Source: an uncultured Bacteroides sp. (lineage in GTDB: Bacteria; Bacteroidota; Bacteroidia; G022818785). From it: DNA of 64,000 nt. A program made the translations under genes and the position numbers. The DNA is taken from NCBI GenBank assembly GCA_964620755.1, contig CAZUHH010000008.1:123314-187313 (forward strand), read 5' to 3'. The notes under the pieces were generated by a model. It saw only the letters and a list, made by a program, of their open reading frames with translations. It ran no database searches and had not been told where the DNA came from. Below, in pieces: positions 1-10,946 of this stretch. Numbering within the stretch: the stretch's first letter is position 1; each line of letters starts with the position of its first letter.

Positions 1-2868
1 ATTAAAAAAATTGGTTTAGGTATTGGAATGGCTACTCTATCATCTTGTACAAATACTCCAGTCAAAAAATCAGTATCTTATTTATTTAAAGAAGATAATA
101 TAATTTCAGGATCTGCTAAATATTACGCTACAACTTTAAATAGTGGATATAGTGTTTTGGTAAAAACTGTAGATGGTAGACCAATAAAAATAGAAGGCAA
201 TAAACAGTGCCCTATATCCCAAGGAGGAGTAGATGCTATTACTCATGCATCATTATTAAGTTTATATAATGATTATAGGATAAAATATCCTATTTACAAT
301 GGAGAAAGAATTTCTTGGAATGAAATTGATAATATTATTAAAAAATATCTTCATTCACTAAAATATACAAATAAAAAAGTAATATTTATTTCTTCTGATA
401 TTTATAGTCCATCTACAAATGATGTTTTACAAAAATTTGTTTCTAAATATCCTAACATTAAACATATAGTATATAATCCTATATCATATTCTAGTATTTT
501 AATATCCCATAAAAATATGTTTGATAAACCTATAATTCCTAATTATAGATTTGATAAAGCAAATGTTATTGTAAGTATAGAAGCAGATTTTTTAGGAACT
601 TGGATATCACCTGTAGAATTTTCAAATCAATATATCAAAAATAGAAATATTGATAGTATACAAGATCATAATATGATGTCTAAGCATATTCAAATTGAAA
701 GTATATTATCAATAAGTGGATCAAAAGCTGATATAAGAATACCTATTAAACCATCACAAATAAAAAGTTTTGTATTATTATTATATAAAGAATTAATTAA
801 TAATTTATATAATAAATGTTATACTTGGGATTCATCTATTATAGAATTATCTGATCATGTAATCATACATATAAAAGAAATAGTAAAATCATTAATTTCA
901 AATAAACAAAAATCTATAGTAATATGCGGATTAAATGATATTAATATACAAAATATAATAAATGCTATTAATTGGCATTTAGATAATTATAACAATAGTA
1001 TTTGTTTTAATGATGGCTATAATATTAGTATGCAAAATGATAATGTATTAAACGAACTTGTTGAAGAAATGAATGATAATAAAATAGGTGCTATATTTTT
1101 TTATCATTCTAATCCTTGTTATTATGGAAATAATAATAAATTATTTACTAAAGCTTTAAAAAATGTTGATATTACTATATCATGTTCAAATGTCATAGAT
1201 GAAACAACAAAAAATTGTAATATTATAATTCCAGATAGTACTTTATTTGAATCTTGGCATGATATTAATTTCAAAAAAAATGTATATTCAATATCTCAAC
1301 CAACTATAAATCCATTATTTGATACTAGGCAAATAGAAGTAAGTATACTTAAATGGATAGATTATGATGATTGTGATTTTTATAACTATATAAAAAATTA
1401 TTGGAAAAATAATATATTTCCATTGTATGAAATAAGTAATCATGTTAAAATTGAAGAACAATGGAATAATTTATTAAGAAAAGGTTTTACTAAATTAAGC
1501 CATAATTATTATTATAATCCAAATATTAATTATAAAATTATAAATAATTCTATAATAGATATAGAAAATATGATTATTTTTGATTCAAAAAATAAAATAA
1601 AAAATAAAATAGAAATTGTTTTATATCAAAAAGTTAGTATAAAAGATGGAGAATATTCAAATAATCCATTGTTGCAAGAGCTACCAGATCCAATTAGTAA
1701 AGTAACTTGGGATAATTATGCTTCTATTTCTCCGTATACATCTTATAAATATAAATTAAATCAAGGTAACATAATTTCAATTCATTATAATAATGAAATA
1801 TTAGAATTACCAGTTATTATACAACCAGGACAAGCCAATAATGTTATAGCAATAGCATTAGGTTATGGTAAAATTGAATATTATAATAAAATAAATAATT
1901 TTACTGGTAAAAATGCATATCCATTTTTAAATCTTGTTAATTCAACATTACAAAATTATAATTTTGTAATGTTGAACAAGACATTGAAAAAATATGAATT
2001 TGCTCAAACTCAGATACATCACGATAGTGAACAACGAGGTATTGTACGGGAAAATACTCTTGACAATTATATTCAACATATAGATAGTAATATTAATGAT
2101 GAACATGAAAATCATTCTTTGTGGCCTGAACATAATAAATCTAATTATCAATGGGGTATGGTTATTGATTTAAATGCTTGTATTGGATGTAATGCTTGTA
2201 TTATAAGTTGTAATATGGAAAATAATATTCCTGTTGTTGGAAAATCACAAATAAAAAAAAAACGTGAAATGCATTGGATTAGAATTGATAGATATTATAC
2301 AGATGATGTTCATAATAATGAAAATGTATCAGTAATTCATCAACCTATGATGTGTCAACATTGCAATAATGCACCATGTGAAACAGTATGTCCAGTATTA
2401 GCTACGTTACATTCAGCAGAAGGACTAAATCAGCAAGTTTATAATAGATGTTTTGGAACAAGATATTGTGCTAACAATTGCCCTTACAAAGTGAGAAGAT
2501 TTAATTGGTTTAAATATCATGATAATGATAATTTTAATTATAATATGAATAATGATTTAGGTAAATTAATGCTTAATCCTGATGTTACTGTAAGATCACG
2601 AGGAGTTATGGAAAAATGCAGTATGTGTGTACAAAGAATTCAAGCAGGTAAATTAAAAGCTAAAATAAACGATTCAATAATCAATGATGGAGATATTGAA
2701 ACAGCATGTTCTAGTAGTTGCCCTACAAATGCTATTACTTTTGGTAATAAAAATAACCCTAAAAGTAAAATAAAAAAACTTATAAACAATGATCTTAATT
2801 ATAATGTTTTAAATGAATTAAATACTAAACCTAATATTTCTTATATAACAATGATTAGAAATAAATAA
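1..2868 (+). CDS. actB: Alternative complex III subunit ActB (molybdopterin-oxidoreductase-like domain plus 4Fe-4S domain), 5'-truncated by the window edge
   Basis: The frame is open from base 1 (IKKIGLGIGMATLSSC, resembling the tail of a Tat/lipoprotein signal). Motifs: GRPIKIEGN, LQELPDPISKVTWDNY, CIGCNACIISC, CQHCNNAPCETVCP, CFGTRYCANNCP, EKCSMC. Lies upstream of an NrfD-family gene. Confidence 0.93.
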   Translation: MKKIGLGIGMATLSSCTNTPVKKSVSYLFKEDNIISGSAKYYATTLNSGYSVLVKTVDGRPIKIEGNKQCPISQGGVDAITHASLLSLYNDYRIKYPIYNGERISWNEIDNIIKKYLHSLKYTNKKVIFISSDIYSPSTNDVLQKFVSKYPNIKHIVYNPISYSSILISHKNMFDKPIIPNYRFDKANVIVSIEADFLGTWISPVEFSNQYIKNRNIDSIQDHNMMSKHIQIESILSISGSKADIRIPIKPSQIKSFVLLLYKELINNLYNKCYTWDSSIIELSDHVIIHIKEIVKSLISNKQKSIVICGLNDINIQNIINAINWHLDNYNNSICFNDGYNISMQNDNVLNELVEEMNDNKIGAIFFYHSNPCYYGNNNKLFTKALKNVDITISCSNVIDETTKNCNIIIPDSTLFESWHDINFKKNVYSISQPTINPLFDTRQIEVSILKWIDYDDCDFYNYIKNYWKNNIFPLYEISNHVKIEEQWNNLLRKGFTKLSHNYYYNPNINYKIINNSIIDIENMIIFDSKNKIKNKIEIVLYQKVSIKDGEYSNNPLLQELPDPISKVTWDNYASISPYTSYKYKLNQGNIISIHYNNEILELPVIIQPGQANNVIAIALGYGKIEYYNKINNFTGKNAYPFLNLVNSTLQNYNFVMLNKTLKKYEFAQTQIHHDSEQRGIVRENTLDNYIQHIDSNINDEHENHSLWPEHNKSNYQWGMVIDLNACIGCNACIISCNMENNIPVVGKSQIKKKREMHWIRIDRYYTDDVHNNENVSVIHQPMMCQHCNNAPCETVCPVLATLHSAEGLNQQVYNRCFGTRYCANNCPYKVRRFNWFKYHDNDNFNYNMNNDLGKLMLNPDVTVRSRGVMEKCSMCVQRIQAGKLKAKINDSIINDGDIETACSSSCPTNAITFGNKNNPKSKIKKLINNDLNYNVLNELNTKPNISYITMIRNK

Positions 2869-2881
2869 AATAATATTTCAT

Positions 2882-4222
2882 ATGTTTGATGATTTTAATG
2901 AAAAATCTATAATCAATGGTAAAGATACTATTAATGATGTTACTGATAGAATCTGTAAACCGATAACCGATAATGCTTCTAAATTATGGTGTATATGCTT
3001 TAGTATATCATTTTTAGGGGTTTTATTATGGATTTATGTTATTTTATCAGTATTTTATTATGGTATTGGATTATTTGGTCTTAATAATACAATTGGATGG
3101 GCATGGGATATAACCTGTTTTGTTTGGTGGGTAGGAATAGGTCATGCTGGTACATTAATATCTGCTATATTACTTTTATTTAGGCAAAATTGGCGTAATT
3201 CAATTAATAGAGCTGCAGAAGCTATGACTATTTTTGCTGTTATATGTGCTTTAACTTATATATTATCCCATATGGGAAGACCTTGGTTATTTTATTGGGC
3301 TTTACCTTTACCAAATCAATTTGGGCCTTTATGGATAAACTTTAATTCAGCACTAGTATGGGATGTTTTTGCTATATCAACATATTTTTCTGTTTCTTTA
3401 TTATTTTGGTATATAGGTCTTATACCTGATTTTGCTATTATAAAAAATAGATCAAATGGCATAAAAAAAAATATTTACAGTTTTTTTAGTTTAGGTTGGG
3501 ATTATTCTGTTAAATCTTGGGATAGACTTGAATCAGTATCATTAATATTATCAGGTTTATCAACACCACTTGTTATTTCTGTTCATACTATTGTATCATT
3601 TGATTTTGCAACATCTATAATTCCTGGTTGGCATACAACAATTTTTCCACCATATTTTGTTGCCGGAGCTATTTTCTCCGGATTTGCTATGGTGCAAACA
3701 CTATTAATAATTGTTCGAAAAATACTTAATTTTGAAAATTACATTACTATTAGACATATTGAATTAATGAATTTAATTATTTTAGTTACTGGATCTATTG
3801 TTGGAGTTGCATATTTAACAGAATTATTTATAGCATGGTATTCATGTTCAGAATACGAACAGTATGTATTTATAAATAGAATTAAAGGACCTTATTATTG
3901 GGCTTATTGGATTATGATGTTATGTAATGTTTTATCGCCACAATTAATGTGGTTTGAAAAGATAAGAACAAATTTGAAAATAACTTTTATTATTTCTATA
4001 ATAGTAAATATTGGAATGTGGTTTGAACGTTTTGTTATTATTGTAACATCTCTTCATAGGGATTTTTTACCTTCTAGTTGGTCAATGTTTTATCCTACAT
4101 TTTATGATATAGGATTATTTACAGGTTCAATAGGATTATTTTTGTTTTTATTTCTTTTATTTATAAGATATATACCTTTTATTGCTATATCAGAAGTTAA
4201 ATTATTAATTAAAAATAAATAA
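2882..4222 (+). CDS. actC: Alternative complex III subunit ActC (NrfD/PsrC-family quinol-binding membrane subunit)
   Basis: FVWWVGIGHAGTLISAIL, NRAAEAMTIFAV, HMGRPW, WDVFAISTY, SVHTIVSFDFA, WFERFVII. Confidence 0.95.
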   Translation: MFDDFNEKSIINGKDTINDVTDRICKPITDNASKLWCICFSISFLGVLLWIYVILSVFYYGIGLFGLNNTIGWAWDITCFVWWVGIGHAGTLISAILLLFRQNWRNSINRAAEAMTIFAVICALTYILSHMGRPWLFYWALPLPNQFGPLWINFNSALVWDVFAISTYFSVSLLFWYIGLIPDFAIIKNRSNGIKKNIYSFFSLGWDYSVKSWDRLESVSLILSGLSTPLVISVHTIVSFDFATSIIPGWHTTIFPPYFVAGAIFSGFAMVQTLLIIVRKILNFENYITIRHIELMNLIILVTGSIVGVAYLTELFIAWYSCSEYEQYVFINRIKGPYYWAYWIMMLCNVLSPQLMWFEKIRTNLKITFIISIIVNIGMWFERFVIIVTSLHRDFLPSSWSMFYPTFYDIGLFTGSIGLFLFLFLLFIRYIPFIAISEVKLLIKNK

Positions 4223-4243
4223 TATTATTTTTTATATTAAAAT

Positions 4244-4753
4244 ATGGAAAAATATATAATAGCATTATTTGATAACGAATACTCTCTTAAAGAGAGTATT
4301 AATAATCTTATAAAAAACAAAATTACTATATATAATGTTCATACACCTTATCCTATTCATGGAATAAATAAATTAATAGGAGGCAAAACAACAAAATTAC
4401 CATTTTTTGCTTTTTTTGGTGCTATTGCTGGTTTAATATTATCATTTTCAATGATGTTTTACATGACTAATAATTGGAATGTTAATGTAGGAGGCAAACC
4501 TATAATACCATTTATTAGTTTTATTCCTATATGTTTTGAAGTTATGATATTATGTTCTGCTTATAGTATTGGTATTAGCTTTATAATTTCTGTTATTATA
4601 TCTTATAAGGATAGAAAAAATTATTTAAATAAATTATCTATAAATGATAAATATGTTATTGTTATTGATATATATAATTGTAATTTTAATAAAAGAAATT
4701 TTATATTTAATACATTAAAAATATCCAATCCAATTAATATAACTACAACATAA
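4244..4753 (+). CDS. actD: Alternative complex III subunit ActD (DUF3341)
   Basis: HTPYPIHG, NVGGKP and FIPICFEVMIL motifs, two TM helices, position after actC. Confidence 0.88.
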   Translation: MEKYIIALFDNEYSLKESINNLIKNKITIYNVHTPYPIHGINKLIGGKTTKLPFFAFFGAIAGLILSFSMMFYMTNNWNVNVGGKPIIPFISFIPICFEVMILCSAYSIGISFIISVIISYKDRKNYLNKLSINDKYVIVIDIYNCNFNKRNFIFNTLKISNPINITTT

Positions 4754-4754
4754 T

Positions 4755-5339
4755 ATGATTATATATAAACTATTATATTTTATAATATTGATATTTTTTT
4801 TACAATCTTGCACTTTTATTATTAAAAAGCCTAAAAAAGAACCTAATTGGAGATTTGCTCCTCAAATGTATGATTCAATACCATATAATCATGATGCTTT
4901 ATTACAAAATAGAATATCACAAATAGCACCTAAAAATACATTAGATATTGAAAAATGTCATTTTACAGAAGAAGATTCTTATTTAAATTTTTCAACAATA
5001 GGAATAAAATATATTGAAAATCCTATTATCAATAATGATTTTAATTATAATGAAGGTAAAAAATTATATATATCTATGTGTTCTCATTGTCATGGTAAAT
5101 ACGGTTTTTCAGATGCTGCAATGATTATCAATGAATCGTATCCAATAATTCCTCCAAAATTTAATGATAACACCAATATTAGACAACACGCAAATATACC
5201 TATTGCCCAATATACTCCTGGAATGTTATACCATGTTATTACTCATGGATATGGAATGATGGGCTCACATAAAAGTATTATTACACCTGAAGAAAGATGG
5301 CAAATAATATTATATGTGCAAAAATTACAGCGAATGTGA
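4755..5339 (+). CDS. actE: Alternative complex III monoheme cytochrome c lipoprotein ActE
   Basis: Lipobox FLQSC, PQMYDS, heme motif CSHCH, YHVITHGYGMMGSH, ERWQIILYVQKL. Confidence 0.92.
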   Translation: MIIYKLLYFIILIFFLQSCTFIIKKPKKEPNWRFAPQMYDSIPYNHDALLQNRISQIAPKNTLDIEKCHFTEEDSYLNFSTIGIKYIENPIINNDFNYNEGKKLYISMCSHCHGKYGFSDAAMIINESYPIIPPKFNDNTNIRQHANIPIAQYTPGMLYHVITHGYGMMGSHKSIITPEERWQIILYVQKLQRM

Positions 5340-5357
5340 ATTATATAATTAATATAT

Positions 5358-6560
5358 ATGAAAAATATTAGTAACAAAAAATTTAAAATTAAAAATAATT
5401 TATATTATATATTTTTTACAATTTTAATCATGGGAATGATAATGTCATTTTATGGGTATATAAAAGATAATAATTATAATCTATTAATAGCTAATTTACT
5501 GATTAATTCTTACTATTTTACAATAGTATCATTATTTGGAGCTTTTTTTTATGCTATTCAATACTTGTCTTATTCTAAATGGTCTGTTGTTTTATTAAAA
5601 ATATCTAATATATATACAAAAATATATCCATATTTTGCTATAATTTTATTATTAATAATTTTATATGGATTATTAAATAATATTATTTATACCAATTGGT
5701 CTAATGGTGAATTAATTGATATTTTTAATGATAAATATGACTTTTTAATACATAAAAAATCTTATTTTTTAAATAAAAAATTCTTTTTATTAAGATTGAT
5801 AACTTATTTTTTAGTTTGGTATTTCTTAATTTTTAAAATTAATAATATTGATAAAAATATATGCAAATACAGTATTAAGGAATTTTTTAATAAAAATATA
5901 ACATATTCAGCAATATTTTGTTTTATTTTTGCATTTACTTTTCCCTTATTTATATTTGACGTAATAATGTCATTAGAACCTCATTGGTTTAGCACTATAT
6001 TTGGATGGTATAATTTATCAATATTGTGGGTTAGTGGATTATGTTTTCTCACTTTAACATCTATAATACTAAAAGAAAATGGATCATTTAGCTGTTTTAA
6101 TAAAAACCATTTAAAAGATTTATCTAATTATATTTTCGCTTTTTCAATATTTTGGATGTATTTATTAACATGTCAAACATTATTAATATGGTATTCTAAT
6201 ATTCCAGAAGAAACTGTTTGGTATATCAATAGATTAAATAACGGTTATAAAAATATATATATAGTTAATATTGTTATGAATTTTATACTTCCTTTACTAT
6301 TATTATTACACAATTATTGCAAAATTAATTTTAATATTGTTAAGATAATATGTATAATTATAATTATAGGTCATTGGATAGATATATATATTATGATTAT
6401 TCCTAGTATTGTTGGTATATTTCCTGGAATTGGTTTTTTAGATATAGGAATTTTTATGATGTTTTTCAGTATTTTTATGTTGATGATATTTAATAAAATT
6501 AAAAATAAAAATATTTATATAATAAAACATCCTTATTTAATTAATAGCATTAATTATTAA
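5358..6560 (+). CDS. actF: Alternative complex III membrane subunit ActF
   Basis: About 10 TM helices; DVIMSLEPHWFSTIFGWY, LLIWYSNIPEET, GHWIDIY; operon position. Confidence 0.9.
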   Translation: MKNISNKKFKIKNNLYYIFFTILIMGMIMSFYGYIKDNNYNLLIANLLINSYYFTIVSLFGAFFYAIQYLSYSKWSVVLLKISNIYTKIYPYFAIILLLIILYGLLNNIIYTNWSNGELIDIFNDKYDFLIHKKSYFLNKKFFLLRLITYFLVWYFLIFKINNIDKNICKYSIKEFFNKNITYSAIFCFIFAFTFPLFIFDVIMSLEPHWFSTIFGWYNLSILWVSGLCFLTLTSIILKENGSFSCFNKNHLKDLSNYIFAFSIFWMYLLTCQTLLIWYSNIPEETVWYINRLNNGYKNIYIVNIVMNFILPLLLLLHNYCKINFNIVKIICIIIIIGHWIDIYIMIIPSIVGIFPGIGFLDIGIFMMFFSIFMLMIFNKIKNKNIYIIKHPYLINSINY

Positions 6561-6574
6561 TTGTAAACTAATTT

Positions 6575-7672
6575 ATGAATTATTTTGTATATTCAATAGC
6601 ATTTGTTTTTATTTTTCTTTCAAATACTGTATTATCAAATAATTTAGGAGAATTTTCTAATAAAGAAAGTACTATTTTATCAATTATTTTTGATAATATA
6701 TATTATATATTATTATTTATCATAATTATATTATTATATAATATTTTAATAAAATCTTTTAAAATATATCAATTAAGCCGTATTACTATAGGTAATCCAA
6801 TTAAAATAGATTGGAATTATAATACAGGATTAATGTTAATAATATTTTCAATAATAAGTATTATAGCATCTATTTATGAATTTAAAATTCATGGTATAGA
6901 TTTATGGTTCCCATCTGCTACTTTGCATGGTCAATCATACGATATTATTTTTAAAATAACAACTACTCTAGCTTTAATAGTATTTTTTGTCACACATATT
7001 ATATTATTTATATTTTTATATAAATATAAACGAAAACATAACAATAAAGCTTACTATATAACACATAATAATAATTTAGAAATATTATGGACCTCTATTA
7101 CAGCTATAATTCTATCACTTTTAGTAATATATGGAAGTTTTAAATGGTATAGTATTATAAATCCATCTAATGATATGAAAAAGAATGCAATTATAGTAGA
7201 ATTAACAGGTGAACAATTTAAATGGACTGCTAGATATGCAGGAAATGATAAATTATTAGGTCCTAAAAATTTTAGATTAATAAAAGGTAAAAATATATTA
7301 GGTATAGATTTTAATAATGATACTGCAAAAGATGATATTGTAACAAATGAAATTGTATTACCTGTTAATAAACCTGTCAAATTATTATTATCATCAAAAG
7401 ATGTTATTCATAGTGCCTATATACCAGAATTTAGAATTCAAATGAATGCAGTTCCTGGAATGTATACATCTTTGCATTTTATACCCACTATAACTACTAA
7501 AAATATGAAAATTATAAGAAATAATAATAATTTTAATTATATTTTATATTGTAATAAAATATGTGGATCAGGTCATTTTAATATGTGGATTAAAGTATCA
7601 ATTGTTGATTATTATGAATATAGTAATTGGCTTAATCAACAAAAACCATTTTATGAAATAATTAATAGCTGA
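6575..7672 (+). CDS. coxB: Cytochrome c oxidase subunit II (CuA; no fused cytochrome c domain)
   Basis: HNNNLEILWT, QFKWTARY, SKDVIHSAY, MNAVPG, CuA motif CNKICGSGHFNM. Confidence 0.95.
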   Translation: MNYFVYSIAFVFIFLSNTVLSNNLGEFSNKESTILSIIFDNIYYILLFIIIILLYNILIKSFKIYQLSRITIGNPIKIDWNYNTGLMLIIFSIISIIASIYEFKIHGIDLWFPSATLHGQSYDIIFKITTTLALIVFFVTHIILFIFLYKYKRKHNNKAYYITHNNNLEILWTSITAIILSLLVIYGSFKWYSIINPSNDMKKNAIIVELTGEQFKWTARYAGNDKLLGPKNFRLIKGKNILGIDFNNDTAKDDIVTNEIVLPVNKPVKLLLSSKDVIHSAYIPEFRIQMNAVPGMYTSLHFIPTITTKNMKIIRNNNNFNYILYCNKICGSGHFNMWIKVSIVDYYEYSNWLNQQKPFYEIINS

Positions 7673-7688
7673 TTAAATATAAAATTAT

Positions 7689-9422
7689 ATGAAAAAATTT
7701 ATAAATGAATATATCTTTTCTCAAGATCATAAAATTATAGCTAAACAGTTTTTAATAACTGGTATTATGATGGGTATATTAGGAATATTTATATCGATGT
7801 TATTTAGATTACAGTTAGCATATCCAAATTATTCATTCAGTATTTTTAAAAAATTATTTGGTAGACATGCTATTGATGGATATTTAGATCCATCATTTTA
7901 TTTGTCTTTAGTAACTATTCATGGTACTATTATGGTATTTTTTGTTTTAACATCAGGATTAAGTGGCACATTTAGTAATCTATTAATACCTCTTCAAATA
8001 GGAGCAAGAGATATGGCATCACCATTTATGAATATGTTATCTTTTTGGTTATTTTTGCTATCTGCTATAATAATGTTGTTTTCTCTATTTATTAGTACAG
8101 GCCCAGCAGCATCTGGATGGACTATATATCCGCCATTAAGTGCATTGCCAAAAGCTATTCCAGGATCAGGATTAGGGCAAACAGTGTGGCTTATTAGTAT
8201 GTCATTTTTTATATTATCATCATTGATAGGAAGTATTAATTATATAACTACTATATTAAATATGCGAACTGAAGGACTTACAATGAATAGATTACCTATT
8301 ATTATATGGGCATTATTATTGTCTGCGATAATGGGATTACTGTCTTTTCCTGTATTATTATCAGCAGTAATATTATTAATATTAGATAGAAGTTTTGGTA
8401 CAAGTTTTTATTTAAGTGATATATTTATAGCAGGAGAAGCATTACAATATGAAGGAGGTAGTCCAATCTTATTTCAACATCTATTTTGGTTTTTAGGGCA
8501 TCCTGAAGTATATATTGTTATTTTGCCAGCTTTGGGTATAACTTCTGAAATTATATCTATTAATTCTAGAAAGCCATTATTTGGTTATAAAGCTATGATA
8601 TTATCTCTTTTAGGAATATCAGGATTATCATTTTTTGTATGGGCTCATCATATGTTTGTTAGTGGAATGAATCCTATGATAGGAGGAATATTTATGATTA
8701 CAACATTATTAATTGCTGTACCGTCAGCTGTTAAAGTTTTTAACTATTTAGCTACTATATGGAGAGGTAATATTAGATTTACTACTCCTATGTTGTTTTC
8801 TATTGGATTATTATCATTTTTTATTACAGGTGGATTAACTGGTATATATCTTGGTAATGCAGTATTAGATGTTAATTTAAATGATACTTATTTTGTAGTT
8901 GCGCATTTTCATATTGTTATGGGTAGTGCAGCTATGTTTGGAATGTTTGCTGGTATATATCATTGGTTTCCTAAATTATTTCAAAAAATGATGAATGAAC
9001 GATTAGGGCATATACATTTTTGGATAACATTTATAGGTATTTACATAATTTTTTTTCCAATGCATTTTATGGGGTTAAATGGTTTACCAAGGAGATATTA
9101 TGAATTTAATGCATTTGGATTATTTGACAATTGGATTTTTACTAATAAAGTTATTACTATAGCAACTATTGTAGTGGTGTTAACACAATTATTATTCATA
9201 TTTAATTTTATTAATAGTATTTATAATGGTAAAGATACTTCTCAAAATCCTTGGCAAGCTAATACATTAGAATGGACAACTTTGATAAAACCTATACATG
9301 GAAATTGGATAGGTGATATTCCTAAAGTTTATAGATGGCCATATGAATATAGTAATCCTAAATATGATATGGATTATATGCCTCAATCTATCTGTGAAAA
9401 AAAATATAATAATGAAAATTAA
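7689..9422 (+). CDS. coxA: Cytochrome c oxidase subunit I (A1-type heme-copper oxidase)
   Basis: DHKII, TIHGTIMVFF, GWTIYPPLS, WFLGHPEVYI, WAHHMF, VVAHFH, PRRY. Confidence 0.97.
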   Translation: MKKFINEYIFSQDHKIIAKQFLITGIMMGILGIFISMLFRLQLAYPNYSFSIFKKLFGRHAIDGYLDPSFYLSLVTIHGTIMVFFVLTSGLSGTFSNLLIPLQIGARDMASPFMNMLSFWLFLLSAIIMLFSLFISTGPAASGWTIYPPLSALPKAIPGSGLGQTVWLISMSFFILSSLIGSINYITTILNMRTEGLTMNRLPIIIWALLLSAIMGLLSFPVLLSAVILLILDRSFGTSFYLSDIFIAGEALQYEGGSPILFQHLFWFLGHPEVYIVILPALGITSEIISINSRKPLFGYKAMILSLLGISGLSFFVWAHHMFVSGMNPMIGGIFMITTLLIAVPSAVKVFNYLATIWRGNIRFTTPMLFSIGLLSFFITGGLTGIYLGNAVLDVNLNDTYFVVAHFHIVMGSAAMFGMFAGIYHWFPKLFQKMMNERLGHIHFWITFIGIYIIFFPMHFMGLNGLPRRYYEFNAFGLFDNWIFTNKVITIATIVVVLTQLLFIFNFINSIYNGKDTSQNPWQANTLEWTTLIKPIHGNWIGDIPKVYRWPYEYSNPKYDMDYMPQSICEKKYNNEN

Positions 9423-9972
9423 AAGTAATATAAATGCACTTAAATTTATAATATGGCTTTTTATTGCAAGTTCTATTATGATGTTTACAGGAATTACAAG
9501 TGCATATATTGTTAGTAGAACAGGATTATTAAATCATAATAAATGGCTAATATTTAAATTACCTTTTTATTTTTACATATCCACTTTTATAAGTTTAGTA
9601 GGTATTATTATAACACAATATATTTATTTATTAAATAATAAAATCAAATATAAATATTATAAAACATTATTAGTATTACTGTTACTCAATAGTATGTTAT
9701 TTTTATTTTTACAATTTAAAGGATTGCAAGATATGATAAAAAATAATATTTATTTATCAGGTAATATTGCAGGTTCTTATATATATATTATAGCAGTTAT
9801 ACACGGTTTACATATTATATTTGGAGTAATAGCAATTATATATCATATTTTTTTAAAAGACAATAAAAATAATTTATATAAAGATGTATATTTAAAATCA
9901 CTAATTATATACTGGCATTTTGTTCATTTATTGTGGATATATTTGTTTGTATTTTTGATTATAAACCGTTAA
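9412..9972 (+). CDS. Cytochrome c oxidase subunit III-like protein (first of two)
   Basis: WLFIASSIMMF, HGLHIIFG, YWHFVHLLWIYLF. I prefer the ATG at 9412 (11-nt overlap with coxA) over the ORF-track start at 9313. Confidence 0.88.
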   Translation: MKIKSNINALKFIIWLFIASSIMMFTGITSAYIVSRTGLLNHNKWLIFKLPFYFYISTFISLVGIIITQYIYLLNNKIKYKYYKTLLVLLLLNSMLFLFLQFKGLQDMIKNNIYLSGNIAGSYIYIIAVIHGLHIIFGVIAIIYHIFLKDNKNNLYKDVYLKSLIIYWHFVHLLWIYLFVFLIINR

Positions 9973-9982
9973 ATAAAATATT

Positions 9983-10606
9983 ATGTATAAGTTATATAAC
10001 AATGATATAAGATACTTTTATAATTATAAAATTATGATGTGGATATTTCTTTTATCAGATTTATTAACATTTTGTGGATTATTAACAGCTTTTTTTTCAT
10101 TAAAATATAATAACATATTGTTTTGGCCAAAATCAGAAAATATATTTACATATATTCCATTATTGCCATATAAATTACCTTTAGTTTTTGTTGGTATAAT
10201 GACACTAATATTAATTGTTAGTAGTGTATCCATGGTTATGACTATATATGAATATAAAAAGAAAAATTATTATTATTCTGTAATATATTTGTTAATTACT
10301 ATTTTTATAGGTTTATTATTTGTTTTGTGTCAAACATTAGAATGGTACAATTTATATAAAGAAGGATTTTGGTTTGGCTATATATTACATGAATATACTA
10401 GTAATTTTAGTAATATTTTTTTTACAATTACAGGATTTCATGGTATACATGTTATTGTAGGTATTATACTTAATATTATAATTTTTATAAAGATAATTAA
10501 AAATGAAAATGTAAATTTATATCCTATAATTGATGTAATAGGGTTATATTGGCATTTTGTAGATTTAATATGGGTTTTTATTTTTACTTTTATTTATTTA
10601 ATTTGA
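9983..10606 (+). CDS. Cytochrome c oxidase subunit III-like protein (second of two)
   Basis: MMWIFLLSDLLTF, FFTITGFHGIHV, GLYWHFVDLIWVFIFTFIYL. Confidence 0.92.
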   Translation: MYKLYNNDIRYFYNYKIMMWIFLLSDLLTFCGLLTAFFSLKYNNILFWPKSENIFTYIPLLPYKLPLVFVGIMTLILIVSSVSMVMTIYEYKKKNYYYSVIYLLITIFIGLLFVLCQTLEWYNLYKEGFWFGYILHEYTSNFSNIFFTITGFHGIHVIVGIILNIIIFIKIIKNENVNLYPIIDVIGLYWHFVDLIWVFIFTFIYLI

Positions 10607-10866
10607 TGAATGTTAAAACTATTATAAACATATTTTTATTATTAATATTAATAACTATTATAGAATTTGGTATATCCTTATGTGATTTCAATTATAGTTT
10701 TATAAAAAATATTATTTATTTAATATTAACTTTTATAAAAGCTTATTATATATTAGCATATTTTATGCATTTAAAATTTGAAAATTCAATGTTTACACAT
10801 GCATTATTTGGTACTGTTATTTTATTTTTATTTTTACTATTAATTATTATAATTGACATATCATAA
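10606..10866 (+). CDS. Cytochrome c oxidase subunit IV family protein
   Basis: ITIIEF and KAYYILAYFMHLKFE motifs, 3 TM helices. The ATG at 10606 overlaps the previous TGA (TGATG coupling). Confidence 0.85.
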   Translation: MNVKTIINIFLLLILITIIEFGISLCDFNYSFIKNIIYLILTFIKAYYILAYFMHLKFENSMFTHALFGTVILFLFLLLIIIIDIS

Positions 10867-10946
10867 AAATAAAATAATAAATCATATAATTATGTATGTA
10901 ATATATAAAACATTTTTATTATAAAAATTAATTATTTCATTTAACA

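Noticed and set aside
2253-2262. Other long homopolymers (A10 in actB, and runs in asnS, lysS and secA) as frameshift sites
   Set aside because: The reading frames run through them intact. Only the nuoK tract breaks a gene.
9313-9411. Long overlap of cox3 with coxA, and similar 5' extensions at 10549, 30367, 43211 and 46376
   Set aside because: These are artefacts of taking the most upstream start codon. Downstream ATGs give normal lengths and short overlaps.
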